DNA of 64,000 nt, from positions 143 through 64,142 of the forward strand of contig CAZJMV010000052.1 of NCBI GenBank assembly GCA_964547225.1, given 5' to 3'. The notes below the pieces were generated by a model. It did no database searches. It had not been told where the DNA came from and saw only the letters and a program-made list of their open reading frames with translations. Below are positions 36,493 through 47,755 of this stretch, piece by piece. This DNA comes from an uncultured Anaerolineaceae bacterium (GTDB lineage: Bacteria; Chloroflexota; Anaerolineae; Anaerolineales; UBA4823). The position numbers were made by a program, and so were the translations under genes. Each line of letters starts with the position of its first letter. The first letter of the stretch is position 1.

Positions 36493-38967
36493 ATGGTTGA
36501 TACGGACTTCGTTAGGTTTATCTTCCAAGATGAGAAAGTAGTCTCATTTTCTTCCAAAAATGAGGATTTTTTTTGCAAACCAATCCAGAAAAGTCGAGAA
36601 TTTTATTGGAATGATTTCCTAAATTTTTTTCTAAATAGTGATCGAGAACTCTTGCAGGAAAAATATCAAAGATTGGGTAAGGGAGAAATAATTGATCCTA
36701 TTTTTTGTGCGTTAAAGCCAAAGGAAAATGATGTCGTTTGTAGTTTTTATATCCTTTTGGATAATATTAATTATATGGAACGTGAAGCTATCCAAGTTAC
36801 TTTGGTTTCTAGTGAAAACCTAAATATTGAAGATGATCGATTTAAAAAAGAAACTGAGGTGATGCGAGATGTATTGGCAGCGCTTGCTGGAACAGACAAT
36901 ATTCAAAAAACATTAGAAGTCATTCTGTTAAATTTACATGATCTCATTCAATATGATCGAGCGGGATTGATCTTAGCTGATGAGGATAAACGTTTTGTAA
37001 TTACACAAAGAGAAGAAACAAATACAGATGGATCGTCGCGGAGATACCTGGATGAGGAACCAATTTTAAAAGAAGTTTTATCTAACAAAAAAGTATTAAT
37101 TATTCCTGATATTCAGACCGACAGAAGATTTGATAATTGGTCAGATCTCGAATCTGTACATGGATGGCTAGCTGCACCATTGATTGTTGACAATGAAGTT
37201 ATTGGTATATTGACATTGGGATCATTGTTGAAAAATGCGTATGACAAGGAAGATGCAGAAATTATGCATATTTTTGCGGGGCAAGTAGCTCAAGTTTTAG
37301 AAAAAGCATGGCTTAGTGAGAAAAGAGTACAACGGAATAAAGATTTAGAAGTGATCTCGAGTATCAGCCTTGCTTTAGGTAAAGCTGAGCAAGGTGAGAA
37401 TACATTAGATGATATTGTAAATCGTGTAACCAAATTCTTTGGTGCTATTAAAGGTTATTTATTATTACCAGATCAAACTGAAAGTTATTTAAAAATTGAA
37501 GTGAGTAGTGATAATTCATTGATTAGCAAGCAATTTCTTATTGAAGATGATCTTTTTGGCAGGTCAATTCAAAATAGGAGTATCGAGGGTTTTGGGGATG
37601 TAAAACGCTTTTTAAGTGAATATCCTGTGGATATATATAGACAGATGTTTGATAAAGCACAATCTGCAATCGTAATTCCATTGCTCGCTTACGAAAAAGT
37701 ATTTGGTCTATTGTGTTTTCCTTTTCAAGATAAGAAGTGGTTTTCAGATGATCGCTCAAGATTAGCAAATGCAGTAGCAGATATCGCTGGGGCATCTATC
37801 CACAGAGCAGTTGTGTTAAATGCACTCGAGAGCCAAGTTGAATTACGAACACAGCATTTGTCTACTTTATATGAAATCAATTCTATCGCCAGCCAGCCTT
37901 TAGATTTGAATCAAATCTTGATTAGAATATTAGAGATCACTTTAGACTCTTTACATAGCAGAATTGGCGCTATTCATTTTCTCGATGAATTTGAAACGAA
38001 TCTAACCCTATGTTGTCAAAAAAACTTTTCTAAAGAAATGACAGAAAAGCTCAGCAACCTTTCTTTAGAAATACCTTTTTGGAAAAATTTAATTAATTCT
38101 TCTGAACCTTTTGTCATTCAAGATATCAATGATCATGAGAATATCACCCCTGAAATCCTAGAGATGGTTAACGAAAAAGCGAATGCATTTCTAGGTGTGC
38201 CTATTCAAGCTAAGGGTAAAATATTAGGACTACTTTCAGTGTTCTGTGATTCAATTTCAGTTTTTTCGATAGAAGATTTAACTCTTTTTATGACGATATC
38301 TGATCAAATTGGGGGATCTATCGAAAGAGATTCGCTCTTAAAGCAAGCTCAAATTGCGGCTGTGGTTGATGAAAGACAACGCATGGCAAGAGAATTACAT
38401 GATTCGGTAACACAATTATTATACAGTCAAGTTTTATTTACTGGTGCAAGTTTACGACAACTCAGTCACGGGAATCAAGAACAAGTTGTACAGCATTTAA
38501 ATCGAATCAATGAAGCCGCTTTGCAAGCGCTAAAGGAGATGCGGTTGTTGATCTATCAATTACAACCTTCTGATTATCTCAAAGATGGATTAGTTAACGC
38601 CTTGGAAAAGCGACTGGACTCAGTTGAGAGGCGATCTGGGATAGAAGCTACTGTGAAATTAGATACTAAATTGGAATTCGATGCATCAAAAGAACTTGTG
38701 CTTTATCGTATCGCTGAAGAGGCGCTTAACAATACGATTAAGCATGCCCATGCAAGTAAGGTGGATATTAAAATAGGGGAAAAAGATGGACATATATATC
38801 TAGAAGTGATTGATAATGGAGTTGGATTTAATGTTGTGGATACAGAGAATAGTGGCGGAATGGGGTTGAAAAGCATGCAAGAAAGAGCGAAGGAATTAGG
38901 TGGAAGATTGTTGATTGATTCAAAAACAGGCAGCGGGTCTAAAATAATAGCAGAAATTATAGATTGA
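36493..38967 (+). CDS. Multi-GAF sensor histidine kinase (HisKA_3/NarQ type)
   Basis: Three GAF-like domains, ERQRMARELHDSV, EALNNTIKHA, DNGVGF, GMGL. Confidence 0.9.
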   Translation: MVDTDFVRFIFQDEKVVSFSSKNEDFFCKPIQKSREFYWNDFLNFFLNSDRELLQEKYQRLGKGEIIDPIFCALKPKENDVVCSFYILLDNINYMEREAIQVTLVSSENLNIEDDRFKKETEVMRDVLAALAGTDNIQKTLEVILLNLHDLIQYDRAGLILADEDKRFVITQREETNTDGSSRRYLDEEPILKEVLSNKKVLIIPDIQTDRRFDNWSDLESVHGWLAAPLIVDNEVIGILTLGSLLKNAYDKEDAEIMHIFAGQVAQVLEKAWLSEKRVQRNKDLEVISSISLALGKAEQGENTLDDIVNRVTKFFGAIKGYLLLPDQTESYLKIEVSSDNSLISKQFLIEDDLFGRSIQNRSIEGFGDVKRFLSEYPVDIYRQMFDKAQSAIVIPLLAYEKVFGLLCFPFQDKKWFSDDRSRLANAVADIAGASIHRAVVLNALESQVELRTQHLSTLYEINSIASQPLDLNQILIRILEITLDSLHSRIGAIHFLDEFETNLTLCCQKNFSKEMTEKLSNLSLEIPFWKNLINSSEPFVIQDINDHENITPEILEMVNEKANAFLGVPIQAKGKILGLLSVFCDSISVFSIEDLTLFMTISDQIGGSIERDSLLKQAQIAAVVDERQRMARELHDSVTQLLYSQVLFTGASLRQLSHGNQEQVVQHLNRINEAALQALKEMRLLIYQLQPSDYLKDGLVNALEKRLDSVERRSGIEATVKLDTKLEFDASKELVLYRIAEEALNNTIKHAHASKVDIKIGEKDGHIYLEVIDNGVGFNVVDTENSGGMGLKSMQERAKELGGRLLIDSKTGSGSKIIAEIID

Positions 38968-38981
38968 CTAGAGGAAAATTA

Positions 38982-39659
38982 ATGATGATAAGGAAAATCC
39001 GAATACTAATTGTTGATGATCATACTGTTGTTCGAGAAGGCTTAGAAGCGCTATTTTCCTCAGACCCAGAAATGGAAGTTGTTGGGATGGCAGCGAACGG
39101 AAAAGAAGCAGTCAAGTTGGCTGGTGATTTGAAACCTGATGTGATTCTATTAGATCTTGTGATGCCTGAGATGGATGGCGTTCAAGCAACTGTGAAAATT
39201 AAAGAGCAAAATCCAAAGGCAAGGATTTTAATATTGACTAGTTTCGCCGAAGAGCATCAAGTATTTTCTGCTATCAAAGCAGGTGCGATTGGTTATTTGA
39301 TGAAAGATACTTCTTCTGACCAGCTTATCCAAGCTATACAGGATACATATCATAATCGCCCAGCATTAGGACCTGAGATTGCTCGAAAATTAATGCATGA
39401 TATTCAATCGGATACAAGCCAAGCATTGATAGATGACCCATTAACTCCGCGAGAGACAGAAATACTGCAGCAAATCGCAATGGGAAAGACCAACCAACAA
39501 ATTGCTGATGATTTGGTCGTCTCTGAACGGACGGTAAGAACGCACGTAACCAATATTCTAGCAAAACTTGGTCTTACAAATAGAACTCAAGCAGTGATAT
39601 ATGCATTAAAGGAAGGAATTGCTTTTATCCAATATACGTTAGATGATGAAGAAACTTAG
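38982..39659 (+). CDS. NarL/LuxR-family response regulator
   Basis: VDDH, LLDLVMP, LTPRETEIL...TVRTHVTNIL. Confidence 0.92.
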   Translation: MMIRKIRILIVDDHTVVREGLEALFSSDPEMEVVGMAANGKEAVKLAGDLKPDVILLDLVMPEMDGVQATVKIKEQNPKARILILTSFAEEHQVFSAIKAGAIGYLMKDTSSDQLIQAIQDTYHNRPALGPEIARKLMHDIQSDTSQALIDDPLTPRETEILQQIAMGKTNQQIADDLVVSERTVRTHVTNILAKLGLTNRTQAVIYALKEGIAFIQYTLDDEET

Positions 39660-40846
39660 TGAGGTAAGGTTTCGGTTTTTTTATTAAATTCATATAGGGC
39701 AGCCTCGATAACTCTTTCGATTGATACGTTATACAATAGAGCAGCTTTTCTACAATCTTCGTATTCTGGACTACCATGAATTTTCTCTTTCCATTGTGAT
39801 ATTTTAATTTTAATATCGCCAAACTCTGTTGAGACTGTTTGAAATTCTCTTGGAAGACTGATTCGATGGATATCTAAGTGTTTGATCCCTAACGTAGGTG
39901 TCTCTCGAAAAATAATATTTTGCATCTTACCAACTAATAATGAGTGGCAAAGAACCGATACCTGAACACCAGGGCGATTCTTTTTCATCTGAATAGGGGT
40001 GAAATATACATCTAAAGCACCTGAATTGAATAATAATTCCATCAAGTGTCCATAGATTTCTGGGTTCATGTTATCTATATTTGTTTCCAGCAATACAAGT
40101 TTTTCTGTCAAGATTTGGTCTATACTTTGGTTTGTCTCGCCAATCCAGAGACGGATGATATTGGGAATGGGTAGATCTTTCGAGCCAGCTCCTATGCCAA
40201 TCTCTTTCAGAACCATGTCAGGAAAGCCACCGAAGGATGAAGAAATGCTTGTCAATAGGGCAGCGCCAGTGGGTGTCACTAGTTCTGCTTGAAAATCGTC
40301 GATATAATAAATTGGCGTTTCCTTTAAGAGAGACAAAGTAGCCGGAGCAGGAAGTGGAATTTGACCATGGGCAGCAGTTATCCAGCCACGAGTAAGCGGT
40401 AAAGGAGAACTGAAAACTCTTTCGATACCAAGCGTTTCTAGACCGATAAGTGTTCCGACAATATCAATAAGCGTATCATCACCGCCTACTTCATGAAGAT
40501 GAATATTTTCAAGAGGCAAATTGTGTATTTTGGCTTCACTTTTCCCAATACGATTGAGGACCTCAAGCGCTTTCGATTTTACGCTATTTGAGACCGAAGT
40601 GTTTTTTACGATTTCAATCAAGTCACTTAGATGTCGATGGGTTTCGATAAGAGGTGTTATTACATTAATCTTTGTTGCAGAAATGGCACCTTTATATACT
40701 TTCTTAACTTCTAAATCACAACCCTGCAAACCCATCATAGAGATTGTATTCGAAATTATTTGTGGAGAAAGACCTGCATCCACCAAAGCTGCAAGGATCA
40801 TGTCTCCGCTAGCTCCTGTGGCGCAATCAAAGTAAGCAACCTTCAT
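39656..40846 (-). CDS. larC: Nickel-pincer cofactor nickel insertase LarC
   Basis: YFDCATGASGDM, HLHEVG, HGQIPLPAPAT, ETNIDNMNPE, MKKNRPG, PEYEDC. Confidence 0.93.
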   Translation of the reverse strand: MKVAYFDCATGASGDMILAALVDAGLSPQIISNTISMMGLQGCDLEVKKVYKGAISATKINVITPLIETHRHLSDLIEIVKNTSVSNSVKSKALEVLNRIGKSEAKIHNLPLENIHLHEVGGDDTLIDIVGTLIGLETLGIERVFSSPLPLTRGWITAAHGQIPLPAPATLSLLKETPIYYIDDFQAELVTPTGAALLTSISSSFGGFPDMVLKEIGIGAGSKDLPIPNIIRLWIGETNQSIDQILTEKLVLLETNIDNMNPEIYGHLMELLFNSGALDVYFTPIQMKKNRPGVQVSVLCHSLLVGKMQNIIFRETPTLGIKHLDIHRISLPREFQTVSTEFGDIKIKISQWKEKIHGSPEYEDCRKAALLYNVSIERVIEAALYEFNKKTETLPH

Positions 40847-41598
40847 TTTTTACTCCTGATGATCAAATGCGCAAATATTGCTGCACCAAATCCATTGTCT
40901 ATATTCACGACGGATACACCTGGCGCACAGGAGTTAAGCATAGCTAGTAGAGCAGCGACACCGTTAAAACTTGCACCGTATCCAATGCTTGTTGGTACTG
41001 CAATAACAGGAACGGAGACTAAGCCACCAATCACTGTAGCGAGAGCGCCTTCCATTCCAGCCAAAGCTATGATCGCAGAAGCGTCCCATAATTTTTGTCG
41101 TTTATCAAGTAAGCGGTGTAAACCAGCAACGCCAACGTCAAATATTCGGCATACTTTTGTTCCATGTAATTCGAGAGTTGTAGCAGCTTCTTCTGCCACT
41201 GGAATATCAGTTGTGCCTGCAGTCACAACAGCTACATAAGATTGATCGTCACTGATCGTTGGCGCTTTTCCAATTGCGATAATGCGAGCTTTCTTGTAAT
41301 TAACCGCTTGTGGAAATGACTGCTTAACTTTAGCCATCATCTTCTGGTTTGCTCTGGTGATCATGACAAATTCTTGTTGATCAAGATAACTATTTAGTAT
41401 TTGAATGACTTGTTTTGGTGTTTTATTCTCTCCATAGATAACTTCATTAACACCAGTTCTAATATTTCTGTGATGATCGATCTTTGCGATATCTATGTCT
41501 TTATAAGGTAAATCGCGTAAGGCTGATAATGCCTCTTCTGTTGTCATAGTATGGTTTGAAACTGCCTGTAATATTGATAGTAATTGTTGAGATTGCAT
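40843..41598 (-). CDS. larB: Nickel-pincer cofactor biosynthesis carboxylase/hydrolase LarB
   Basis: DHHR, AGTTDIPVAEEA, DVGVAGLHRL, AGMEGAL, PTSIGYG, VNIDNGFGAA. Confidence 0.95.
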   Translation of the reverse strand: MQSQQLLSILQAVSNHTMTTEEALSALRDLPYKDIDIAKIDHHRNIRTGVNEVIYGENKTPKQVIQILNSYLDQQEFVMITRANQKMMAKVKQSFPQAVNYKKARIIAIGKAPTISDDQSYVAVVTAGTTDIPVAEEAATTLELHGTKVCRIFDVGVAGLHRLLDKRQKLWDASAIIALAGMEGALATVIGGLVSVPVIAVPTSIGYGASFNGVAALLAMLNSCAPGVSVVNIDNGFGAAIFAHLIIRSKK

Positions 41599-41633
41599 AT
41601 TCAGATCTGTCCATTCTTTTATACTTGAGATGA

Positions 41634-42410
41634 TTAGGGAAGAAAAGAAAACTCGGTTTTTTCAAATCCAATGGTTTTAAAATATTGAGTGATGGAATTT
41701 TCATTTTCTAAGATTATAGCTTTGTTAATTGATTGAACTTCAATATGTGCGATATCTCCATGGTGTCGAACTCGCACTTTTTTAACATTATATTTATTGA
41801 TATGGTTTTCAGCTTTATCTACTTGTTGAAGTGATTGAATTGTTAGTGGAATGCCTTGTGGGATGCGTGTAGATAGACAAGAATTGGATGGTTTATCCCA
41901 GTTGGGTAATTCCATGTAGCGCGCCAATTCACGAATTTCTTTTTTTGTGAGAGTTGCTTCAATCAATGGAGAATGGATATTGAAAAGGTCAAGCGCTTTT
42001 CTCCCAGGACGATCTTCAGAAAGATCATCATAATTAGACCCATCTAAAATTACATCCATATTATTATTTTTTGCAAATATATCGATTTTGTTTAACTTCT
42101 CTTTCTTACAAAAAAAACATCTCAAGGAGGAGTTCTCAAGATAGAGTTGATTATTAAATTCATGGCTTTCAAGGAGAATATGATGAATTCCAATCTGCGA
42201 AGCAATTTGTTTAGCTTCGTAGATTTCTTTCTGAGTGAGGCTAGGGGAATATGTTGTAATTGCGATTGCTTTCTTACCAAGAATCTGGTAAGAAATGTAA
42301 GTAAGAAATGTACTATCGATGCCACCTGAGTAAGCAATGATTGCACTATTATAATTTCGAATTAACTTCTTTAAGAATTGGTATTTATTCTGTAATATTT
42401 CATTCATCAT
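41634..42410 (-). CDS. larE: Nickel-pincer cofactor sulfur transferase LarE
   Basis: AYSGGIDS PP-loop, RCFFCK, DRPG, WDKPSNSCLSTRIP. Confidence 0.92.
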   Translation of the reverse strand: MMNEILQNKYQFLKKLIRNYNSAIIAYSGGIDSTFLTYISYQILGKKAIAITTYSPSLTQKEIYEAKQIASQIGIHHILLESHEFNNQLYLENSSLRCFFCKKEKLNKIDIFAKNNNMDVILDGSNYDDLSEDRPGRKALDLFNIHSPLIEATLTKKEIRELARYMELPNWDKPSNSCLSTRIPQGIPLTIQSLQQVDKAENHINKYNVKKVRVRHHGDIAHIEVQSINKAIILENENSITQYFKTIGFEKTEFSFLP

Positions 42411-42684
42411 TATTTGTTAGCCTATTGTTTTATATACCATTTATGAGTAAAATATGAACTGTTATTTTTTTTAGCTTATAAAATAATAAGTAATCATAGA
42501 ATTTTATTTTCAATTATAAGTGATATAGTTGAGTAGAGAGGGATTTTTTTTATTAAGTTATAATAAGAATCAAAGATATCATCGTTGCCCTTGTGGTTAA
42601 TTCGCAAACAAAAATGGATCGAAATCGATTTTTTAGAAGTCACTACGTTATCTTGTACTTTAGAATAATCTGATCTATTGTTGA

Positions 42685-43764
42685 ATGTTTTTTTTGTGCT
42701 GTATTAAACTAAAGATGTATTTAACAAATATTCTTGAAACACAAATGATTTTTTTTCATACCAATATTTCCGATAACTCTCTATATTGGTTCGTGATTGG
42801 GCTGTTTCTTGTTGTAATAATTATTTTACTGTTATTGACTTTATATCTGCAAGGACAGGTAACGAAGATCAAGGAATCACGTATAAAGAATTTCGAAATA
42901 GTAAAAGAAAACAAGGAAAGCAATGTTTCCTTGCAAGCTATTGAATTAGATAAAAGGATAAAAGAAGTTGAAACTTTAAATGAAGCCATGGTCAATTTGA
43001 TGGAAGATTTGCAGAATTCTCATGAACTCTCTTTACAGAATTCTAAAAGATTAGCTGAAGTAAATGCAGAATTAGAAGCTTTTAGTTATTCAGTATCTCA
43101 TGACTTACGAGCACCTTTGCGAGCAATAACTGGCTTTAGTCATATCTTGGATCGACGTTATAAACAAGAACTCGATGAGGATGGAAAGAAATATATCGAA
43201 AATATTATTGAAGCTAGTATTTATATGAGCCAATTAATCGAAGATCTTTTAGAATATTCAAAATTAGGGAGAAAGGTGATCAAATTAAAACCTGTTTCGC
43301 TGAATGAATCAATTAAATTCGTAATTAACCATCTCTCGGATCTCATTCAAAAAACAGGAGGAATAATTAATTTACAAGATGATTTTCCAGATGTGTTAGG
43401 AGATAGGACATTAATAACTCAAGTTTTTCATAACTTATTTCAGAATGGTTTAATTTATCAAGATGAAAACAATACTCCTGAATTATCTGTTACGTGGCAT
43501 TATGAGAATAGGAAAAGTTCAGAAGACCAGAAGAAAATAGTTAGAGTCTTTGTGAAAGATAATGGGATCGGTATTCCAAAAGACTATCAAGAAAAAATAT
43601 TCAATGTATTTCAAAGATTGCATACTCAGGAAGAATATCCAGGTACGGGGATTGGTTTATCGATTGTAAAAAAAAGTATAAAATTGATGAGTGGAGAGTT
43701 AGAGTTGATTTCTGAAGTAAATAAAGGTTCTACATTTATAGTATCTCTGATCGTGGATCAATGA
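42685..43764 (+). CDS. Sensor histidine kinase (Cph1-like HisKA) with one TM helix and no evident sensor domain
   Basis: FSYSVSHDLRAPLR, DNGIGI, FQRLH, GTGIGL; start uncertain. Confidence 0.88.
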   Translation: MFFLCCIKLKMYLTNILETQMIFFHTNISDNSLYWFVIGLFLVVIIILLLLTLYLQGQVTKIKESRIKNFEIVKENKESNVSLQAIELDKRIKEVETLNEAMVNLMEDLQNSHELSLQNSKRLAEVNAELEAFSYSVSHDLRAPLRAITGFSHILDRRYKQELDEDGKKYIENIIEASIYMSQLIEDLLEYSKLGRKVIKLKPVSLNESIKFVINHLSDLIQKTGGIINLQDDFPDVLGDRTLITQVFHNLFQNGLIYQDENNTPELSVTWHYENRKSSEDQKKIVRVFVKDNGIGIPKDYQEKIFNVFQRLHTQEEYPGTGIGLSIVKKSIKLMSGELELISEVNKGSTFIVSLIVDQ

Positions 43765-43846
43765 AAAATTCTTGTGATGGATGGCAAAATATAAATAAGT
43801 CGATTGTTATTGTTAGGAAAAAATGAATCTATGAAGTGATTAGGTC

Positions 43847-45409
43847 TTGAGTGAAAGAAAAAATATTATGATAGATGAGAAGCTAGAAAATTCGATTAAG
43901 ATTTTATATATTGATGATAATTCATTTGACCGAGAATTGGTTAGGGATGCATTAGAGAAAGAACAAACTGGGTTTCGGATTACTTTTGCTAAAACGCAAT
44001 CTGAATTTAACGAAAAAATTTATGATAATGAATATGATATCGTTTTGAGTGATTTTAATATTGCTGGTTTCGAGGGTTTGCAGGTTATTGATGTAGTTCA
44101 TCAGATAAATCCTAAGTTACCTGTCATTATAGTTACGGGGACCGGATCAGAAGAAGTTGCTGTTTTATCTTTGAAGAAGGGTGCTGCAGACTACGTCATT
44201 AAATCACCTGAGCATATTAGACGATTGTATCATACAATACGTCTAGTTCTTGAGAATCAAAAACTCGAAGAAGATCGTTTAAAAGCGCAAGAAATGATTC
44301 AAAAAAATGAAGAAAAATATCGAGCGTTATTTAATTCAGCAAGAGACGGTATTGTTTTGTTCAATAAAAAAAATGGCACTATCGTGGATTGCAATCTTGA
44401 GTTTGAAAAATTGATAAATTGTTCAAAACAACAATTAATTGGAATGAATATTAGTGGCTTAAATATGGATAGAAAAAGCTATCGGGGGCAATTACACAAG
44501 TATGATTTAAACGACTTTAGGTTTAGGGAGCCAACCGAACGCTATTTCATTCGAACTGATAATTTGAAAATTCCGACTGAATGTATTGGAACTGAAGTCA
44601 TCATTGATGACTATGATTATATTCAAGTAATCATTCGGGATATAACAGAAAGAAAAAATGCAGAAGAAAAATTAAAGGCTTATTCAGAACGTTTGGAGGA
44701 GATGGTAGAAGATCGTACTAGAGAGCTGAAAGATGCTCAAAAAATGCTATTACATCAAGAACGGATGTCAACGTTAGGACAATTGGCACGAGGAATGGCT
44801 CACGAGATGCGTACACCCTTAGGGGCAATCAAGAATGCAGCTTATTTTCTGGATATGGTTATGGAAGACCAAGATGAGGATGTGAATGAAGCGATACAAA
44901 TCCTAAATAAAGAGGTAGGAACATCCGTCCAGATAATTGATAGTTTGTTGGAGTATGCTTATCCTAATGAACCGGTAAAAAGAAAAGTAGAAATTAGTGA
45001 TATTTTGGAAAGTGTTGTTGGGGTTTTAAATATCCCGGAAAATGTTAGAGTTGTCATGGATGTAGATGAAAGACATCGTGAAATTTTTATAGACCCTGAA
45101 CAATTCCAGCGTATTTTAAGAAATCTAATAAAAAATGCTTATCAAGCAATGCCAGAAGGTGGTGAGATCATAATTAAAACCCATGGACTATCAAAAAATA
45201 AGATCGGTATAACGATTATTGATAATGGAGTTGGTATTGATGAACGGAATATTGAAAAGATATTTGAACCCCTATTTACAACTCGACCAAAAGGTATTGG
45301 TTTAGGTTTGCCATTAGCCGAGATGTACATAAAAAATAATGGCGGTAAGATAACGGTTAGTAGTAAAGTTGGAATAGGAAGCGAATTCTCGATGATATTC
45401 TCTGAATGA
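43847..45409 (+). CDS. REC-PAS histidine kinase
   Basis: N-terminal receiver, PAS, AHEMRTPL, FEPLFTT, GIGLGL. Confidence 0.9.
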   Translation: MSERKNIMIDEKLENSIKILYIDDNSFDRELVRDALEKEQTGFRITFAKTQSEFNEKIYDNEYDIVLSDFNIAGFEGLQVIDVVHQINPKLPVIIVTGTGSEEVAVLSLKKGAADYVIKSPEHIRRLYHTIRLVLENQKLEEDRLKAQEMIQKNEEKYRALFNSARDGIVLFNKKNGTIVDCNLEFEKLINCSKQQLIGMNISGLNMDRKSYRGQLHKYDLNDFRFREPTERYFIRTDNLKIPTECIGTEVIIDDYDYIQVIIRDITERKNAEEKLKAYSERLEEMVEDRTRELKDAQKMLLHQERMSTLGQLARGMAHEMRTPLGAIKNAAYFLDMVMEDQDEDVNEAIQILNKEVGTSVQIIDSLLEYAYPNEPVKRKVEISDILESVVGVLNIPENVRVVMDVDERHREIFIDPEQFQRILRNLIKNAYQAMPEGGEIIIKTHGLSKNKIGITIIDNGVGIDERNIEKIFEPLFTTRPKGIGLGLPLAEMYIKNNGGKITVSSKVGIGSEFSMIFSE

Positions 45410-45442
45410 ATTAAATCCAATTGATTGTGAAAGGATTAATGC

Positions 45443-47062
45443 GTGTCAAGCGCTAGAATTCTTATTGTTGAAGATCATGAAAGTACAAGTAAAAGCCTAG
45501 AATTAATTTTTAAAAAGTTTCTTTTCCAGGTTGATATAGCTAATTCTGGCAAAGAAGCCTTAGAAATGGTAAGAAGAAAAAACCAATATAATTTGGCAAT
45601 TGTTGATATACGCTTACCTGATATGAGTGGAATATCATTGCTTGAACCGCTTAAGGAAAAACAACCACATATTGCCATTATCGTTGTCACTGGATATGGG
45701 TCTATAGAAACATCCGTTCAAGCTCTAAATGCGGGAGCCGAAGCTTATCTTATAAAACCTTTCAATATCAATATCGTTCTTGCCACTATACGTAAAGTGT
45801 TCGAAAAGCAAAAAATCGAAGAACAAAAAAAGAAAGCTGAAATATCGTTAAGAGAGAGCGAAAAACGTTTAAAAGTATTGCACGAACTTGATTTTGCGAT
45901 ATTATCCCTTCAATCAGGTGAGGAAATCGCACAAGCGGGATTAGAGTATTTAGCGCAATTAATTGATTACAAACTGGGTAATATTGTTTTATATGATAAA
46001 GATATTGATCAATGGACTATCTCAGCGGTATATCCCCAAAAAGATTATCATGAATTAATGAGAAAACCTTTTTATATAGAAGCTTCAGAAGAGTTACAGA
46101 GATTAACTTCTGGGCAAATATTGAAAATCAAAGATATAAGGAATAATGAAACCCTAAATGAAGAATTGATTAGCTATTTGCAAATACAAAAAATTGATTC
46201 AATAATTATTGTGCCATTGATTGCACAAGACACAATGATGGGGATTATCAATTTAGGGCGTGAGAATAAACGAATATTCTCAAAGCAGAGTATTTCTCTT
46301 ATAAAAGAAATAGCTCAACCGTTATCAATTGCTATCCATCAAACAAACTTGATGAAACAAGTATATATGGGGCGTAAAAGACTACAACAATTATCAAAAC
46401 AATTGCTGGATGTTCAGGAAGCGGAAAGAAGGTCTTTGGCATTAGAATTACATGATCAAATTGGTCAAATGTTGACTGCGGTAAAGATCAATTTGTTGGG
46501 TGTAACACGCTTAAAAGAACCAAATTCTCTTAATAAACATATTAAACAGAGTATTAATTCTGTTGATCAAATTCTTCAAGACGTAAGGAATATGGCTTTG
46601 AATTTAAGACCTTCTATGTTAGATGATCTAGGATTAGATGCTGCCTTACGCTGGTTGGTTGATCGGCAAACGAAATGTTCTGGAATTCACGTTGATTTTA
46701 AATATGATATGTCTGATAAAAGACCAAGTGAAGCTATAGAAACAGCTTGCTTTCGTGTAGCTCAAGAAGCGCTTACCAATGTATTAAGACATTCTCAAGC
46801 TACTGAGTTGAAAATGTCCTTGAGTCAAGATGACGATTTTCTTACAATAATAATTCAAGATAATGGAAAAGGGTTTAATTTGCCGAAAGTTATGGGAGAA
46901 GTCGCGACTGGAAAAAGTCTTGGTTTATTAGGAATGTATGAAAGAGTTGAAATTGTGGGAGGGGAATTAGATATCTTCTCAGAGATTGGAAATGGTTCTA
47001 TTTGTAAGGCTAGATTCCCTTGTAATAACTCAGTTACTTTAGAGCGAAGAAACATAAGATAG
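45443..47062 (+). CDS. REC-GAF HisKA_3 histidine kinase
   Basis: Receiver DIRLPD, GAF, ERRSLALELHDQIGQ, QEALTNVLRH. Confidence 0.9.
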   Translation: MSSARILIVEDHESTSKSLELIFKKFLFQVDIANSGKEALEMVRRKNQYNLAIVDIRLPDMSGISLLEPLKEKQPHIAIIVVTGYGSIETSVQALNAGAEAYLIKPFNINIVLATIRKVFEKQKIEEQKKKAEISLRESEKRLKVLHELDFAILSLQSGEEIAQAGLEYLAQLIDYKLGNIVLYDKDIDQWTISAVYPQKDYHELMRKPFYIEASEELQRLTSGQILKIKDIRNNETLNEELISYLQIQKIDSIIIVPLIAQDTMMGIINLGRENKRIFSKQSISLIKEIAQPLSIAIHQTNLMKQVYMGRKRLQQLSKQLLDVQEAERRSLALELHDQIGQMLTAVKINLLGVTRLKEPNSLNKHIKQSINSVDQILQDVRNMALNLRPSMLDDLGLDAALRWLVDRQTKCSGIHVDFKYDMSDKRPSEAIETACFRVAQEALTNVLRHSQATELKMSLSQDDDFLTIIIQDNGKGFNLPKVMGEVATGKSLGLLGMYERVEIVGGELDIFSEIGNGSICKARFPCNNSVTLERRNIR

Positions 47063-47066
47063 CGAA

Positions 47067-47729
47067 ATGAATAATTTACGGGTTCTTATTGCAGACGATC
47101 ATGCATTGGTTAGAGCGGGATTTCGCGTTTTACTAGAAAACCTTGCTGATGTAAGTGTAATTGCAGAAGCAGAGGATGGAAGGAGAGCATTAAGAATTAT
47201 CCAAGAAATCAATCCTGATATAGTTCTAATGGATATTTCGATGCCAGAATTAAATGGATTAGATGCCACTGCTCAAATAGTCCGTGACTATCCTGACATC
47301 AAAGTAATTATTCTCTCGATGCATACATCAGAAGAATATGTTCTACAGGCATTGGAAGTTGGTGCGCATGGATATATATTAAAAGATGCCTCAATAAATG
47401 AATTAGAATTAGCCTTAAGGTCTGTAGCGCGTAACGAATTGTTCTTAAGTCCTGCTGTATCGAAGCATGTAATCCAAAATTATTTGAATAGAACGGGAGA
47501 TATTTCTAAGATTGATGGGAAATTTTCTAGTATGGATAGCCTAACAACTCGACAAAGAGAAGTTTTGCAATTAATAGCGGAAGGATTTACTTCACAGGAA
47601 ATCGCAGAGAGATTATTTATTAGTGTAAAGACAGTTGAAAAACATCGTTATCAAATTATGGAACGTTTAGATATTCATAATATTGCGGGTTTAGTGAGAT
47701 ATGCGGTGGAAAAAGGGATAATTCGTTGA
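47067..47729 (+). CDS. NarL/LuxR-family response regulator
   Basis: ADDH, LMDISMP, LTTRQREVLQL...TVEKHR. Confidence 0.92.
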   Translation: MNNLRVLIADDHALVRAGFRVLLENLADVSVIAEAEDGRRALRIIQEINPDIVLMDISMPELNGLDATAQIVRDYPDIKVIILSMHTSEEYVLQALEVGAHGYILKDASINELELALRSVARNELFLSPAVSKHVIQNYLNRTGDISKIDGKFSSMDSLTTRQREVLQLIAEGFTSQEIAERLFISVKTVEKHRYQIMERLDIHNIAGLVRYAVEKGIIR

Positions 47730-47755
47730 GATATGATTTTGATTATTTATAATAA

